64,000 nt of DNA. Origin: Spongospora subterranea f. sp. subterranea (taxonomy: Eukaryota). The stretch spans positions 62,001 through 126,000 of the forward strand of contig JAUGWO010000069.1 of assembly GCA_049724395.1 (NCBI GenBank). The letters are read 5' to 3'. The notes below the pieces were generated by a model. The model was not told the origin of the DNA and ran no database searches. It saw nothing but the letters and a program-made list of their open reading frames with translations. Within the stretch, counting starts at the first letter, position 1. Every line of letters starts with the position of its first letter. Shown here piece by piece: positions 25,951 through 40,059 of the stretch. Both the position numbers and the translations under genes were made by a program.

Positions 25951-27493
25951 TCAGAGCGAGTTTGCCCTGTGTGGGCTCTGGCGGAAGCGAAAGAACGGAT
26001 CGGCCAGCATGAGCTTGAGGATGTTGTCTTTGACCGGCGCGAAGATCGCCTCGGTCAGAACCACCTTCTCGAGGTCGATCTCGCCCTGCTTCACTATCGA
26101 CTCGCCGAACACCTTCTTGTACTGGTTCAGGAGATGCGACGACAGATTCACGAGCAATGGCGCATCGAGATGGAAGAAATCGTGGTACACCAAACAGGCA
26201 CAATGCAGGATCGATTCAAGTTTCAGGACCTCTTCGATGGTTGTTCCAGCTGGGCTGGCCGCCAGAGTTTCTTTCACCAGTTCCTCGTACTCCTCAATCC
26301 GTTTCCAGCACAGCAGGTTCTCGACACTGTATTCTCCAACCAGGTGGCGCTTGAACGCCGCAAACCCGGTGTCGGTTCGTAGGAACCGCTCGAATTTGTC
26401 GACCTCGGTGTGATCCTGATCCGCCTTCTTGATGTTATGGGATATCGACCTGGACCCACATATCGGTACGAAAATCCCAGCCAGATCGGGAACCGGCTAG
26501 CGCCTACCTGCTCTTCCACAGAGGGATGACCAACAGCTCAACGATGACCACAGCGCCCAGGATGAAGTATGGGCCGAACAGGTCGGTGATACGATCGCGA
26601 TCTGGGTGGAGCGTGATCATGACCGTATTCTCAACCATGGACAGCAGCACCACGGTCTCCGTTCGGATCATGCTCCAGAACATGAGCGACGTTGACGATT
26701 TGCCCAGGCGCGCGACCACGGAGCCGATCACCAGGAACGCGGTGGCATTCCTGGCCAGCCCTGTCCATTTCACCTGACCCCATTCCACCGATTTCGTGCA
26801 GTTCTCGCTCGATCCCCAGGTATTGTCGAACGGAAGCACGATCGACGTGATAATCGGAATCGAGGTCGCGATGAACACTATAATCACAGACAACTTCAGC
26901 CCCGTTCTGAACCCTCGCACCGGTTTCTGCACTTGGTTCTTGCGACTTCTGCCTGCATCCACCGACACCACCTTCCCATCGTACCGCTTGCTGATCTGCC
27001 CGCCATCGGCACTCGAGGGCGTGTCTCCTGGCGTCGCCCCTTGTGCTTGCGCCGCTTCTTGAGCGGCGTAATATGATGCATGCGATAGCGATATCGAGGA
27101 GCGCTGCTCTGGGATGGTTGTCGGCGGCATGGACCGTTTCACGTCATTCTGCGCTTGGTGGGGTCGAACCGCTCCCGACGACTCGTTCCCGTATTTCACC
27201 TGTCGTTTCGTTTGTTGTTGAAGTTCAAACATGAAAATGGAGATAAGCGTGATCGTGATATACGTCACTGACGATGTGACCTGGCCTAGAATGGCGGTGC
27301 CATAACAGCTCATCGGGGTGGCGACAAGGACCATAGAGCCCATGCTAAGCCCAATGCCGCCAGTAGCGAAGGCGGTGAATCGGGTCAAGAATAACGGGGC
27401 GGTGACACCCCGAATAAACGTCCTGTAGTAAACGATGGCGAGCGCGATCGTCGACAGCGAGGTGACGGCGCATAATGCGACCTCCCACAACAT
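25951..27493 (-). CDS. Multi-pass (7TM-like) membrane protein fused to an RGS domain
   Basis: Hydrophobic helices in exon 26504-27493. After the intron: FERFLRTDTGFAAFKRHLVGEYSVENLLCW...IFAPVKDNILKLMLADPFFRF, the RGS signature. Confidence 0.82.
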
Positions 27494-27789
27494 CGTTAAA
27501 TGTATGAATCTGTCGTGTTAGCCTTAGCGATGTGCCATTCAACGTTGGCAAGATATGATCGACTCCGAATATCTCCAGGTACCCAATTGATGTTTAGCTG
27601 GTCCCAAACTAGTCAACGGCAACTTGCAGGGTCCACTGTGTAGGGCAGAAACAACGTGTGACGGCTGCATGGCGCCATTTAGGGGTGGGGGACGTGTGTT
27701 TCACTCATGACCTGACGAACCGCAACTCACAGCGAGCTATTAAATTAAGCAGGATAGTGAGATTTATAAAATAACAGTACACGGTTCGT

Positions 27790-29314
27790 TCACCGCCTTA
27801 GTCGATTGACACCGACGCGATGATACAATTTGAATAGAAGGTTGGACTTGGTCGAATGGTAATCACGTTCAAGATAATGTATGCAATCCTGAAGACATAG
27901 GCACCGGCTTACTGACGCATCTCTGGTTGATAAAGCAGAAGCAGGGAGAAACGAGGTTTGAAGAGGTATCTGGGCTACTGTAGTTGGCGTGGTGGTCGCT
28001 GTTTTCTTCTTGAATGAAAACTCTGTCCCGCCACCGATTGCAAGAAGGGCGGCATCTGAACACAAAATGATAAGTGGAACCCGTAAAACGAAACACGAGA
28101 ACGAATCATACCGTTTATATCTGTCAATTTTTGCCTTTCTTTTTCTGCATCTTCAACCGACCTAAGGCGTTCTGCAGTCTTGGAGTCCAGTTCCTCCTCG
28201 TTCCCACGAGCTTCACGAAAAGCCTATAGAAATAGTCAGCGTTTTGAGTAATAAACCACAATAAGTTTACAACCTTGGCCTCAATCAAAATTCGAAGATG
28301 TTCTTCATGTTGTAAACGCCGTTTTTCAGTTTCTTCAGCTTTTTGTATTCTTTTGACGATTTGGTGAGGTTCAGAAATGACCTCAAATCTAGAGACATAA
28401 TCCATCATAAAAACGAAAACAGTAATCAATTCGTGTTGTAGTACGGCAGCTGTGGTTTTTGCTCATCGGTTCGCTTCTTCGAAATGGCTACAAGCTGTTC
28501 AATGACGTCTTCAAGGTGCTCTTGAAGCGCAAAAGTTACTGTCTCACAAACGCCATCGGACACTCCAACCAGACCACGCTTTTTGGCTGAGTACCACATG
28601 TTAGCAGGAAAACGATGATACCGTATGTGCAACTATACCAATCGATAGTAAGAGCGTTTTTAATTGAAGCTGCCTTACAAAAAACTGTTCTTCCATTACT
28701 TGTCTAGCTGACAAAAATCGCCGCGATTCAGCAGCCGCAGCTTCATTCAAAGCATTCAGATTTTGCCTTTCTCTCTAGAAATAATGCCAATCGCATATCA
28801 ATAGTGATAGAGAATTCTAATCCTGTCATACCTGTAAATCAAGTCCAGCAGCAGCGAATGGGTCATACACATTCGTTTCGTCAGCTGTAGGTGCAGTACT
28901 AGGGCCCTTTCATCAATAAATATATGAGCCATCCGTAATCTGATGAGGAGAAACCACGAGAAACCCGAACATGATAATTAACAACAACGTTGGCTACGTA
29001 ATTCGAACCTGTTGCTGTGGAACGTGACTAGGCAGCATTGACGATGAATAATTCTCTGGATGTGACAATGGAATGGCAGTTGCACCATGGTGAACCGCTG
29101 AGAGCGTGTTCCCACTCCGGTGCTGATTTCGATTGATCTGGGCCTGCAAGGCGGGGTGCAACCGTTCCCCAGTGACTGGATTTGTTGCCATTCGCTCAAT
29201 CATATAGGGATTGGTGACGATCCGCTGTTCCCCAACATTGGGATTCGAAATATAATTAAGAGCAACTGCGGCCGAATCGGACGATTCCGAATCGGATTCA
29301 TCAATGATATCCAT
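27790..29314 (-). CDS. TAF4: TFIID subunit TAF4-like, multi-exon
   Basis: Histone fold VSDGVCETVTFALQEHLEDVIEQLVAISKKR, the DAALLAIGGG motif, and C-terminal RCLCLQDCIHYLERD..SNLLFK. Confidence 0.8.
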
Positions 29315-29490
29315 TGTGAAGGATGTGATCACCAGACGATGAAGGATTTATCGTGACCCTAGACACCACAATCCAATCATGTGGGGTCGTGGTGGTAGTC
29401 TTGACAGGTTACAGTGGTAGGTGGTAACGGGAGTTATAACTCCGTGAGTGGTTGGCTGTGTTGCTGGCCACATGTCATTATTTATGTTGC

Positions 29491-29622
29491 TGGCTGGCTG
29501 TTTTATCGCCACATCATGTCATCTGGCTGGCTGTTTTATCGCCACATCATGTCATCTGGCTGGCTGTTTTATCGCCACATCATGTCATCTGGCTGGATAT
29601 TTTATCGCCACATCATGACATC
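29491..29622. repeat. 33-bp tandem repeat (about 4 copies)
   Basis: tctggctggctgttttatcgccacatcatgtca repeated, upstream of TAF4. Confidence 0.92.
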
Positions 29623-31799
29623 ATTTATGTCGCGGGCCAGCACAGATTGTGCTGTCAAGTTATCCCCTGAGACAGGAACAACCTTACGAAATGGTCTATT
29701 GATCGCAGGCGTAATGAGTTAACCTTACGCGGACAAAACGTTATTCCATTCAACACCATCTCAGTCAGTGTTCAAGTTTCTACAGTGGAATTGGGCGAAT
29801 ATCATTCTCATCAACAGATGTGGCTTACACCCGATAATAATCGCTCAAAAGCCATTATGTGCGAATTACGACACTACTTGTTGTTCTATCGCTCAAGGTT
29901 TTTGGCGGGAATCTGGCACCATATTCAAAAATGCCTCGGCGGCTCCCGAAACGTTTAGCCTATATGCCTTGACCAAGCATGTTTCAATGCCCGTTCATTA
30001 ACATGGTCGTGACGACGGCAATCAATATATAGCCCCTGGACTAAGACTTCAATAGCCACTTTCCCTTTTCCCAAGATCGGTAAGTAAACACTTCCTCCAC
30101 AGTGAGCCAAAAAATCATGAATCGGAAAAACAGACCGGGTTTTCGTGATGGTCAAATGTGTTAAGCGTTCCCATCATGACCGTATCTGTTTTCTTGTTTG
30201 GTTCTGCCTTCTTGTTTGATTCTTGAAATCGTCCATCGCCTAATCTTGGCTTGACACAGCATCCTACATGTTCGAATACGAGGTCTTATTGTTGCATCGG
30301 CCGCCGTACTGACGGTTTGCCTACGCCAACAGTGGCACGGCCGACCGACAGACCGAATTGACTCCATTTCTATCATTACTTCTGGTGTGTCACGCGCTCA
30401 CCGTTCGAACAGCAATCTGCCCGAACCCTTTTACACAAATAAATTCAATTCGCTGATTGGCTTGATTACCTCAACATCGTCCTTCAGCCTTTAGCACTAC
30501 TTGGCTTCCTCGGCCGTTTTTTGGAGCATGCCGGGCGGACAGACACTACTGAGAAACATTCCCTTATCAGGGATGTAATGTCGCAGCGATCGCGACGAAC
30601 ATTAGGAAGGCTGACGAAACAGAACCAAGAGGGCACTATCAGCAAAGAATGCAGCGAAGTGCAGATGAGAGACCTAAACAGGCTGCAGATGAACAAGATG
30701 CAATAGAGACCGATCCTTGATTCATCGCCAACCACAAGTGTAAGAACCGACAGAGAAAGTTGGTCGAGTATGGTGAGCAGATAGCCAATTCGAGTCAAGT
30801 CAGGACTTGACGACGGCTGTTGGTGTCGGCGTATCAGTTAGGTCATCCTCGGCGCCGATCCTGACAACGTTCAGGCTTCTCGAATAGTGAAGCGCAGGAA
30901 CAGCCTTCTAACTGGGAAACCCCCACCGGGTTTTCGTCAAGCGATGTTTGCAGCAACTTGTGATTTGATTTGCTGACGATCGCTGGTCGCTGCTGCCACT
31001 GCTTCTGGTTATCTGGACATTGTGGGCTTCAGCAGTGCTGATCGTGGAGACAATCTCAGTTTCTTGCCGTAATTCCGATATGAGAACTCCAAACACTCTT
31101 CAAGTTGATCGGAAATGATCCAACCCTGCAATCATATCGAAATTCAAACGTCCTTGTTGGAGTTCCACCACTGGCCAAGCAATTCGCCGGCTAGAGTGAC
31201 AGCGGCACCTGGTCCACAAGTTTAGGGATCATGGTCCCCTAAACAAACCCATTCCTACCTTGTGATGTTCAGATCACCTCAAGCTACCGCATGGGGTGCT
31301 AGGGCACACAGCGGGATGGGAACAAGAAGCGCTGGGGATCGTTGCTCTTTGCTACAGCGGCGACCGATCGAGTCCTTACTTCGCCGCAATCTCAACCGTT
31401 TGATCAAGATTTGAAGGTAGCTGCTCATGTGCATATCGTTGACACAACCACGTCCTTCAACGGTTTATCTCTGGGTTGATCAATGCTCCCAAGTGCTTGT
31501 CTAAGCTCACCCTCGAACCTGACGTCGAACGAGGCGTGGAGCATTGGCTCTACTTGTGATCAGCCTATTCATTCGACACGTTTATTAACAGTCTGGAGAC
31601 ACTGAATATTCTAGAAGCTGTGATCAGCACAAATACGACTGAATTTCTAACCCGGGACCCACATGGCTGAAACGATTGGCAACGAGACGTTAGAGCATTT
31701 GTCGATGGATTGGGGTTTGAAACGTTCTCATTCCAGCGACGTCAGCGGTTGCACATCCGTCGTCGTGCTCTTCGGATCCGGTTTAGACTTGTAGGTTTA

Positions 31800-34173
31800 T
31801 TATTGATTCGAACCTCGTTCTTGATCAACCTGAAAGTGATCAGTCCGATTACGGGTCCTCCAGCTCAATACTGAACGACATCGACCCCATGCTGTTGGCC
31901 AACGCCCGGTCAAACTCGAACGTTTGCCGATTCGCCAATCTGTCATAGTCATGGCGTGCAACGACCCAACGAAGATCGAAGTCGACCGCATCTAGATAGA
32001 CAGACCCAGTCAGAACATCATCCCATATTTCAATCTGGACGATCAAATTCCTGATATCGTTCCAGACACCGAAATCAAACTTCTGATTCCTACACAGACG
32101 TGGGGTCAACGTTCAAGACGGTGTCGTTTCGGGACAGCACATGATCAATACCATATGGGATCATTGCTGTCCCTGACCACCTTCGATGACAGCTGGACGC
32201 TCTCTGGTGCGCCCTCGTCCGTTTTCCTCTCGCGTTGTTTCGCGATGATCACAGCATACGGCGATGCGGTTCGTGCCGGGCGTCCATCCGGTCGCGTCTG
32301 CAAGTGACTAGCAGATATCACCCGCACGAACAACCGTTTTCGCAAGCACGATTCAGGTCCGGTTCTGTTCCAGATCGAGAGGTTTACGGGGACGCAGACT
32401 GGTCTGGCGTCTTCTTCCTTACCTAGGCGCAGGCAATATTCTGGATGGTGGCCGAGGGATCCTTGCCTTATCGGGAGTGATCGTCTGGCGCCCTTGATCG
32501 GAGATGATCGCGTTCGCGATCTCCTATGGTCAACGTGTCAAAGGTTGTTTCGCATTGGGAGTGGACAGGCGATTGTGGACTTTAGCTGGCATATCCGACA
32601 TGAAACAGTCATCATATCGTGAGCTAAACGGCCATCGATCCCGGCTGGAAACCAACAGGGAGGGGCCATCCTGACTCCATATTCCTGGATTCTCCACCGT
32701 CGCTGTACGATTGTGAGAAATTCGGGGGGCGAAACACGGACGACGCCTACGCTGTTGCGATCGCGTTGAGTGTTTTACCCAACGGATTTCGACGTGCATT
32801 ATCCCGATATTGCTAATCGGTAATACAACAGAATCCGACTCGTTGGGCCTCGTGACACATTTCAGCATGTTCGGACTGAATTGAATATTGCCTATCTGGT
32901 GTTCGTGTTTTTTATCACCGACGTGATCGAACACCACGATCTCGATCGTGTTTTCCGTTTCCAACGACCCGATCTCGAGCTCGAACTGCAGTGAGCGCTG
33001 CTCGGTCAGATACAAATATAGATCGTGCCCGAAATCAAACCTTACCGGGTTGTGATCTTTCACATCTCCTGCCGAATCAGTTGCCATCTCGGAGCTCCGA
33101 ATCTGGTTCGAATTCACCAAGCGACAGAGAACAAATGGGGATTTGGGCCCGGATTTGGACGACGACGTGGGTTTCAGCGACAGTACTTTCAGGAAAACGG
33201 ACCCTACGAGCATTGGGATCAACGCTGGGATTCAGCACACGTCGGAAACCATTGCCTTCCGCATTGGGATTCCGAACGATCCGGTCCTGTCCTTTCACGA
33301 GCACCAACGTTTTCGGGAATATCGTGGAGTTTAGGTATGATCGCAACGTTTGTTTGACAACTTCCCTACAGAACATTGCATCAGCGACGAGAAACACGTC
33401 CGGGTTTCTGGCCCGTATTTCCCACTTGCTGATCGGATTGCCCATCAAGTCGACGCCGCCCAGACACAGGCAGAAATCGTACACGGGTGGCGCGCTTAAA
33501 CATGCACTGATCTCGCCCGTGACCAGATCCAGACACAATCGCGCTGTGAACGAGGAAGATATGGACGATATGATCGCCCGCGGCCCTGCGAACGGTTAGC
33601 GACGCCACGTCGGCAGGGTATCGAGCGAACCGTTCATTCCACGCAGGTGCATGTCGACAGATACGTTGGCGTTGCCATTGAACGAGCACTGGAAGTCCAC
33701 GAACCTAATGGGCAACGTGAGTGCCTGCTGAGATCGGTTGGTCGACGTGGGGTACATGTGGTTCTTATCGCATTGGAACACTCTGATGCCGCCAATCCGC
33801 AAAGGAATGTTGCCGAGGTCGATCAGCGGCGCTGTTTGGATCTCCACCATCTTATTGAATAGAGGGAGCGGTTCCCAATGAGCGAAAACATCGTGTTTCA
33901 TGATCGATGTCGCCATAGATGGCCACAATGCCACTAGCAGTTGGTTCAGCGTTTGAGAATCTGTCAACGATTCGCTCAACAGGCAATGTATCTGAGCTAG
34001 ATCCGAGCGGCACCTTCAAACTCGGGAAAGCTGTGCAGTTTCTGATTGCGACACGATGTCTGGAAATGCGCCTGGCAGGCCCGTTGGGCATCGTGGATGA
34101 GCGCGTCGGTATGGGCGACGGTCGAGACGCAGACGGCGATGGCGATAATCGCCCACAGCACGCTCCAGTTCAT
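31800..34173 (-). CDS. Synaptotagmin/extended-synaptotagmin-like protein (N-terminal TM, SMP-like, C2 domains), multi-exon
   Basis: MNWSVLWAIIAIAVCV hydrophobic start. TLNQLLVALWP..IDLGNIPLRIGGIRV is SMP-like. LFVRVISASHL..SPYAVI and IEIVVFDH are C2-like. 3' end uncertain. Confidence 0.7.
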
Positions 34174-34499
34174 GTAGCCGACACTACATCAGCCAACGGG
34201 GGAACACACAAGTCAGTTGGGCGGGGCGGGTCGACACTCGAGATGTCGCCATCACCGACACGTAGATGAACAGGAGCATGGCGCCCATCTGGACCGACCT
34301 CGACTCGACCCGACCTCTCATGGTCTGGTATACCGACTCCATGGATCTATAATCCATCCCGGGTAGAAATGTGCCGAAAACTCCCAGAGATTGCTGATCA
34401 GGTGATCCACCGAAACGACCAAGCTGAGTGAGTCAAGGCAGCAGAGCACGCGTATTCCTTCATGGCCAACACATATCGATCCGTCGTATTGGTTAATCG

Positions 34500-34524
34500 C
34501 ACACACACACACACACACACACAC
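34500..34524. repeat. (CA)n microsatellite
   Basis: Direct read. Confidence 0.9.
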
Positions 34525-34544
34525 AATCCCATCATATAATACAG

Positions 34545-35300
34545 CCCTATTGCCTATGGGTGGACTATCTCGGCCCGTTTTCGAGGGAGGAAGTGGTGAA
34601 GGTGATCTTATTCGGATCCGCTCCCTCGTCAGCAATAAACGCACACAAATGTATCGCCTTCTGCAATCGGGTTCATATAGAGCGACTATTGAATCAAATG
34701 GATAATGTATGGTGACATAAGGGAAATCGGAGACGTCAGCGCGAGCCCCGGGAAGAGTTCTCTTTTTCTGTTCAATGTCTATTTGAATGTTGACCGTGGT
34801 TGATATTCGCCCTCGGTGGACATTGCGCCATCCATCGTGTCTCAGCCTGGGGTTCGTTCTGCACCCTGTTCGTACGTATCTAGTGTTCCAGAGGATCTTG
34901 GCACATCATCACCAGCGTTCTGCTCGATCGTCGCGAGGTCTACGTCCTCTCGTTCTAGAAGTGGATAAATTTGTCACAGAGGCATTATCAATGGCCAGGT
35001 CAATACGGTGTCGATAGCTAGTTCCTCAGATAGTTTGACAACATAGGACGCTCCTTCTGCTTATTCGCTGAAGATCGACAATGGCGAGCGGACCGGTACG
35101 GCGGTCAAGTGATTGGGCACGATAAGATGTGTCAATGATTGGTGACTGACAGTTTTGGCTCTTTCTGGTATTTAATGGTGCGAAAGCAAAATCAGGTTCA
35201 AACAATCAAACCTGTCATCATCTGTTGGCAAAACGAGACACCGTTGCCTGGCCTGGAACCTGACGAAGCCAGGTGTATGTCCGGGGGCGCCATGCCCATG
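34545..35300 (-). CDS. Possible small multi-exon hypothetical gene
   Basis: Series of short open segments separated by GT..AG-bounded spacers, starting MAPPDIHLASSGSRPG. No family assigned. Confidence 0.3.
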
Positions 35301-35352
35301 GCGCTGCACACTGTGTCTGGTGACCAACCCTGGCGCTAGGCGGGTCCAGGTG

Positions 35353-37201
35353 ATGGCCGATCCCGACCTGGTTGGCGATATACGGGTATGGTGTCAGGGA
35401 ATAGGGTGTCCTGTCCCCAGCGATGATGTGATCAGATCCCTTGTCAGGGGACACGCCGCCACCTTCTTCCGCCTGTTGACCCAACATGTGCTCCCTGTTC
35501 AACAGGCGGCTCATATCAGGGCGACCATCGCTCTGCATTCTCCAGAGGCGCCCTCTGCGGTTGATTCGGATCGGGACCTGGTATGGGTGGTTAATCGTGC
35601 TGTGTTATGGGAACTAACATGTTCCTGGGGGCGATAGAGGGCGGAATTAGAGGCGAAGAAAGATCGCCAGGAGTTCCTGAACAGGTCCCATTCTGCCACA
35701 CAACAGGAGATTCATCACCAGAATGAGACTCAGCGAAATATGGAGGAGAAGGTGCGAAACCTGTCCATATCGACTATAGCCCTGAACAGAGCGTGTGAGA
35801 ATAACGACGCCAATCGCGTTCGCGTTTTATCCGGATTTCACGAAGGGATTGTGAAATTAGAGGATCAGCAGAGCGATCATATATCGTCGACGAGTATGGC
35901 CAGAATGGACCAGTACGGACGGCTCAGGGTCTGTGGTCCTGTTGTGCAAGCACTGGAGTCAATCCAGGCACAATTGGCCAGCAATCTCCCCTCGTCGCTC
36001 AATTGCGAGTATTGCCCCGGCGACGATATTCCCATCAATGGCGCGTTGGCGCAGGAGCTGATCGATCTGACGACAGAACATATCAGATTAGCGACGCAGG
36101 AGAAGGTCGGGAATATCGCCAGCGAAACTCCTGGTGAACCGTTGGCCAAACAGCCAACGCTGCAGCAGTTGATGGAGCAATCCAGAGCGGCACATCTGCA
36201 CCGCTTCTCGAACATGTTGTCGTCGTTGAACCAGGCTTACGATCTTGAAGGCGAGCTGAATCCCGATATCCCTGAGCCAATCAGACGACACGCTCGAGCT
36301 CGTGCCAGATTGGACTGTGTTCGAGAGCATACGCAGCGCATTGAGTTAGAGCTGGTCGTTGCCCAGCGTGATCAGGAACGTCTAACCGAGTTCAGCGACA
36401 CGATCTCCGCCCTGGAACAGGAGAAAACCGAAATGCACTGTCTCCTAATGCAGGCGATCAAAGCCAATCGGGATAGTCGCAACGAAATCGTCCAGGTTCA
36501 ACGACAATGCCAAACCGCAACGCAGACGCAGATCATCACCCGTTTGGATTTGCTGACTCAGCGAATCGGGCAATTGCGACGTTATTTCTATCGGGAGGTA
36601 GCGTCGCTGTTGGCCATAATCGAGTCGAGCGATTGGCCCGATTCCGAGGCGCAATACCAGTCGTGGCAGGCGGTTGCCGATCAGTTAGGTCTAGGGGGAC
36701 ACCGATCTGTTGACCCGCTTTCGATCACGTTCGGGGTCAAATCCAAATACGAATCTCTCTGCTCGGGAAGATTGTCGAATCTGATCGACGAGACGTTGCT
36801 CCAGCGAATCAAGATGACGCAAATCCCCAATATGAAGGGTTCGTAATCCGATATCGATCGCAATAGTGGTTGACATCTGTTATCCACAGATTTATCAGAA
36901 CGGTGTGAGCAGCATCGACAGGTTTCCCAGGCCCTGAACGACGAATTCGACTCCATATTCGGTCGCGTTATCAAGAGCCGAACAACTCGCCGACCGATAT
37001 CCAAGTTTGATTACCGATTGGTACAGTGACAGATCTGGGCCGTTGGTGTCAATGGAAACTAACCGGTTCTCAATCAGGTGGGATCAGCCAGCACAATACG
37101 CCGTCCCTGAAGAGGAACGTTCCGGGCTCAATATCAACGAATGGATCAGTCGACGCCGTAAACTTCTTTCCCAATTACGTCAAAAACAAGGTTCTCTCTG
37201 A
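35353..37201 (+). CDS. HAUS5: HAUS augmin-like complex subunit 5, multi-exon
   Basis: N-terminal IRVWCQGIG..IRSLVRGHAATFFRLLTQHVLPVQQAAHIRATIALH and C-terminal WDQPAQYAVP...GLNINEW match HAUS5 end motifs. Coiled-coil middle. Confidence 0.72.
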
Positions 37202-37256
37202 TAAAAGCAATAATTTATATATAATATAATATGTTTTCCCAATAATAATTTCGAAA

Positions 37257-37660
37257 TCAGAACCCCATTCTACTCAGTAGATCGACACATTCCTCTCGCC
37301 AGTTGCCGACAATGTGCACTTCAGCTCCAGATGGTGTTTTCCCTCCCCTGGTTATGATGATGGGGCCGAACTCCTTCTTCAGAACGGCCTCGAACATGGC
37401 CGAATCGCCCCTGACCATGCGTATCACTGTGGATAGTGCCTTCAGGGAATTACCTCTACCGGATCGGTGCTCAAGATATACGGGAAGGGTTCCCAGCACC
37501 GTCCTGGACACCTGACCCCCGATCATTCAGTCTCATCTCACACATATTCCCCCGAACAATTCGCAATATCGACGATAGAGCTATGAATTACCTGAAATGG
37601 CAGAGCGGGTTCAACAGCTAATTTCGACAGCAATCGACGGTGCGACCTCGTTGACCACAT
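37257..37660 (-). CDS. MRPL49: Mitochondrial ribosomal protein L49/Img2, 2 exons
   Basis: LPFQ|VSRTVLGTLPVY..TVIRMVRGD..HIVGNW..LLSRMGF*, with a basic presequence-like N-terminus. Confidence 0.82.
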
Positions 37661-37842
37661 TCTCGGGGCGTTTCGGTCACGATCTTGGGTGTGGCGAGAG
37701 AGTCCGCATGCGGTGCCCGTGGCGGTCAGAGTCACTCACACCGGGACATGGCGATAACACACAGAAGGGACCGACAGCTGTAACAGACGACGACGGCAAT
37801 GAATGCGAACGGGGAGACGATGGACAATTTTTGACGATGGGT

Positions 37843-38091
37843 TTATGAATAAGGATCGAGGACATTCATCAGGAATTCGGCGCCGGCGGTGACGACGTTG
37901 ATGTTGTATTCAATGTAGAGCGTGATGCCAATCACTATCAACAGAATAATGACGACCATGAGATCGAGTGACGCCCTTGTTGATAATGGCCATGCATCGT
38001 CCTCGATAGGTTCCATTGCTAACGCCTTTTCATACTCTTCTTTCCGCTTTTCCAGATACGGACGTAGCCGTTCCTTTAGTCCATCTGACAT
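37843..38091 (-). CDS. Hypothetical small single-TM protein
   Basis: 82-aa ATG ORF with a charged N-terminus and hydrophobic LMVVIILLIVIGITLYI. Confidence 0.5.
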   Translation of the reverse strand: MSDGLKERLRPYLEKRKEEYEKALAMEPIEDDAWPLSTRASLDLMVVIILLIVIGITLYIEYNINVVTAGAEFLMNVLDPYS

Positions 38092-38611
38092 CTTTGGCCC
38101 GTTTTTTGGGGTCGAACAATATACTGGAGAGAGGTCCTATTTATATCAGAGGCACTTTAGAGTGAAGGACAGAGAACAGTGTCGCAATATGTGTACAGTG
38201 ATGACTGTGGTGGAGGCCGCTCTCACTGTACATCAAGTGGAACACCTGGCCAGGACGATTGGCATGGCTACAGTGCCAAGACGATACGTTGATACAATTA
38301 AACTCAGTGGGAAAGATATTTTCAGCATGTTAGCCCAGCAGTGGGGCATTGTGAATTCAGTAAAAATATGAGACCCCTCGATCACCAAACTGGGTGACGA
38401 ATTGATCAGCAATGAAATATGATCAGCGAGAATTATTGCCCCCCCCCCCTTGTAATCTTAATCCCGTGCCTGAATTGGAACCGTCCAATTAATTGACGCC
38501 GTTCTGTCACTTATTTAATCGGTGTGTGGCGCATCAGTCCCCTTTCGGCTCCTTCTCCGCCCCGCACAAACACTCGTCTTCAATATTATTACCGCCGAGG
38601 TTGGAACAACG

Positions 38612-39082
38612 ATGGCCGGTAACCCGATATCGATCGACGAGATCAAGGCGATGATCAATTCGAATTTCATTGTCGTGTTCTCGAAGACGTATTGCCCTGT
38701 ATGGCGGATGAACCATTTTCTCTGGATTTCACTCGAATTTATGGATCGTCCGTCTTTTTCAGTATTGCAAGAAAGCTAAGGCCCTGCTCACCAGTTTGGA
38801 TCTCGAATTTGCAGTTTACGAACTCGATACCATGAGTAATGGTGCAGCTATTCAGGCGACATTAGCCACCGTTTCCAACGTCAATTCCGTCCCTCAAATA
38901 TTCGGTAATTGTTGGCATTCGCCGAATAGCGCCGAGTCGTTGGCTCATGTTTTATTCATTTGATAGTTGGGGGAGAGTTTGTCGGAGGATGCGATAAGGT
39001 CCACCTCCTGCACGACAACGGGAAGCTAGTTCCTTTTGTGAAGGAGAAGAAGATGCTGTGGGATCAGAAATTACTCGCGTAA
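38612..39082 (+). CDS. Dithiol glutaredoxin (CPYC), 3 exons
   Basis: VVFSKTYCP|YCKKAK, SVPQIF|VGGEFVGGCD. Confidence 0.93.
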
Positions 39083-40059
39083 GGTTTCCATCATTATTGG
39101 CGCTACATAGTACCGATATCGCCGATCATATTCTCACAATACAGTTTGTGTAGTTTGTTGTTGAATATATATCACATTTTATTACGTCCTTTTTGAGGTC
39201 GTTTTGTGTGTAGATTTTTATCAAACTCCTAATACTGTACGACCTAATAATTTTATCACTTCAAGGCTAAGACGGCAACGGTAGCAACTTCCGTTGACAC
39301 GCGTCTTGGGTGAATTATCAACAAACAAATGATTTCGCTGGTGCTGTCCTAGACTTTACTTTTTCCGATAGCACTGACTGACTCGGTGGAGCTCACTAAA
39401 GGAAATGTGATGAATTGGTTTCGATCGTATGTGCAGCCTTCTGCTGGAAATTCAAATACTTATAATAAGTATTTCAAAGGAATGCAATCCCCGTGTAGTG
39501 GAAATTCAAGGACGCAACACAGGTTCCTTGGGCTTTTGCTCGCTGCATGTCGTTCGCCGTTTTTTTATTCACATTGCCGGTTTGGGTAGCAGCACCGCCA
39601 AGCGCAGGAGCAGTTTCAGCGTTCCTAGCAAACCATGTGCCTGGGTTCAGATGACATTAAGCGCAGGTTGTTGTATCAGTCGTTTGGGATTCAGGGGGAT
39701 ATCGGCAGTTCCCGAATTCAGTCGCGCCGAACCGCATACGAAAGAGGGTGTGAGCTTGCAGACATGCAATTTCTCCCTCATATCTCGGGGACCAGGAAGA
39801 CCTGTGGACCAATCAGACACCCGGCGCGAACTCAATGCTCATAGAACTGCATACGTTCGTAACCTTGAGGAAGATTCACTGACAAAGCAGCTTAAAACCA
39901 CTTTAAGCGATTTTGAAACTGGGGACGCCAACGATGAATGATCAAGCAGTCTTACAGGATGATCTCTGGTCGAGAAATTGAAACAATCCGACAGTGATGC
40001 GTCGCGAAACAGACCTTCGCAAGCGTTCTCGCTCAAGTACCTCACTCGTTCAATTCCCA

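Noticed and set aside
31221..31245. Telomere-like TTTAGGG/CCCTAAA inverted pair
   Set aside because: Single copies in a tiny hairpin, compatible with chance.
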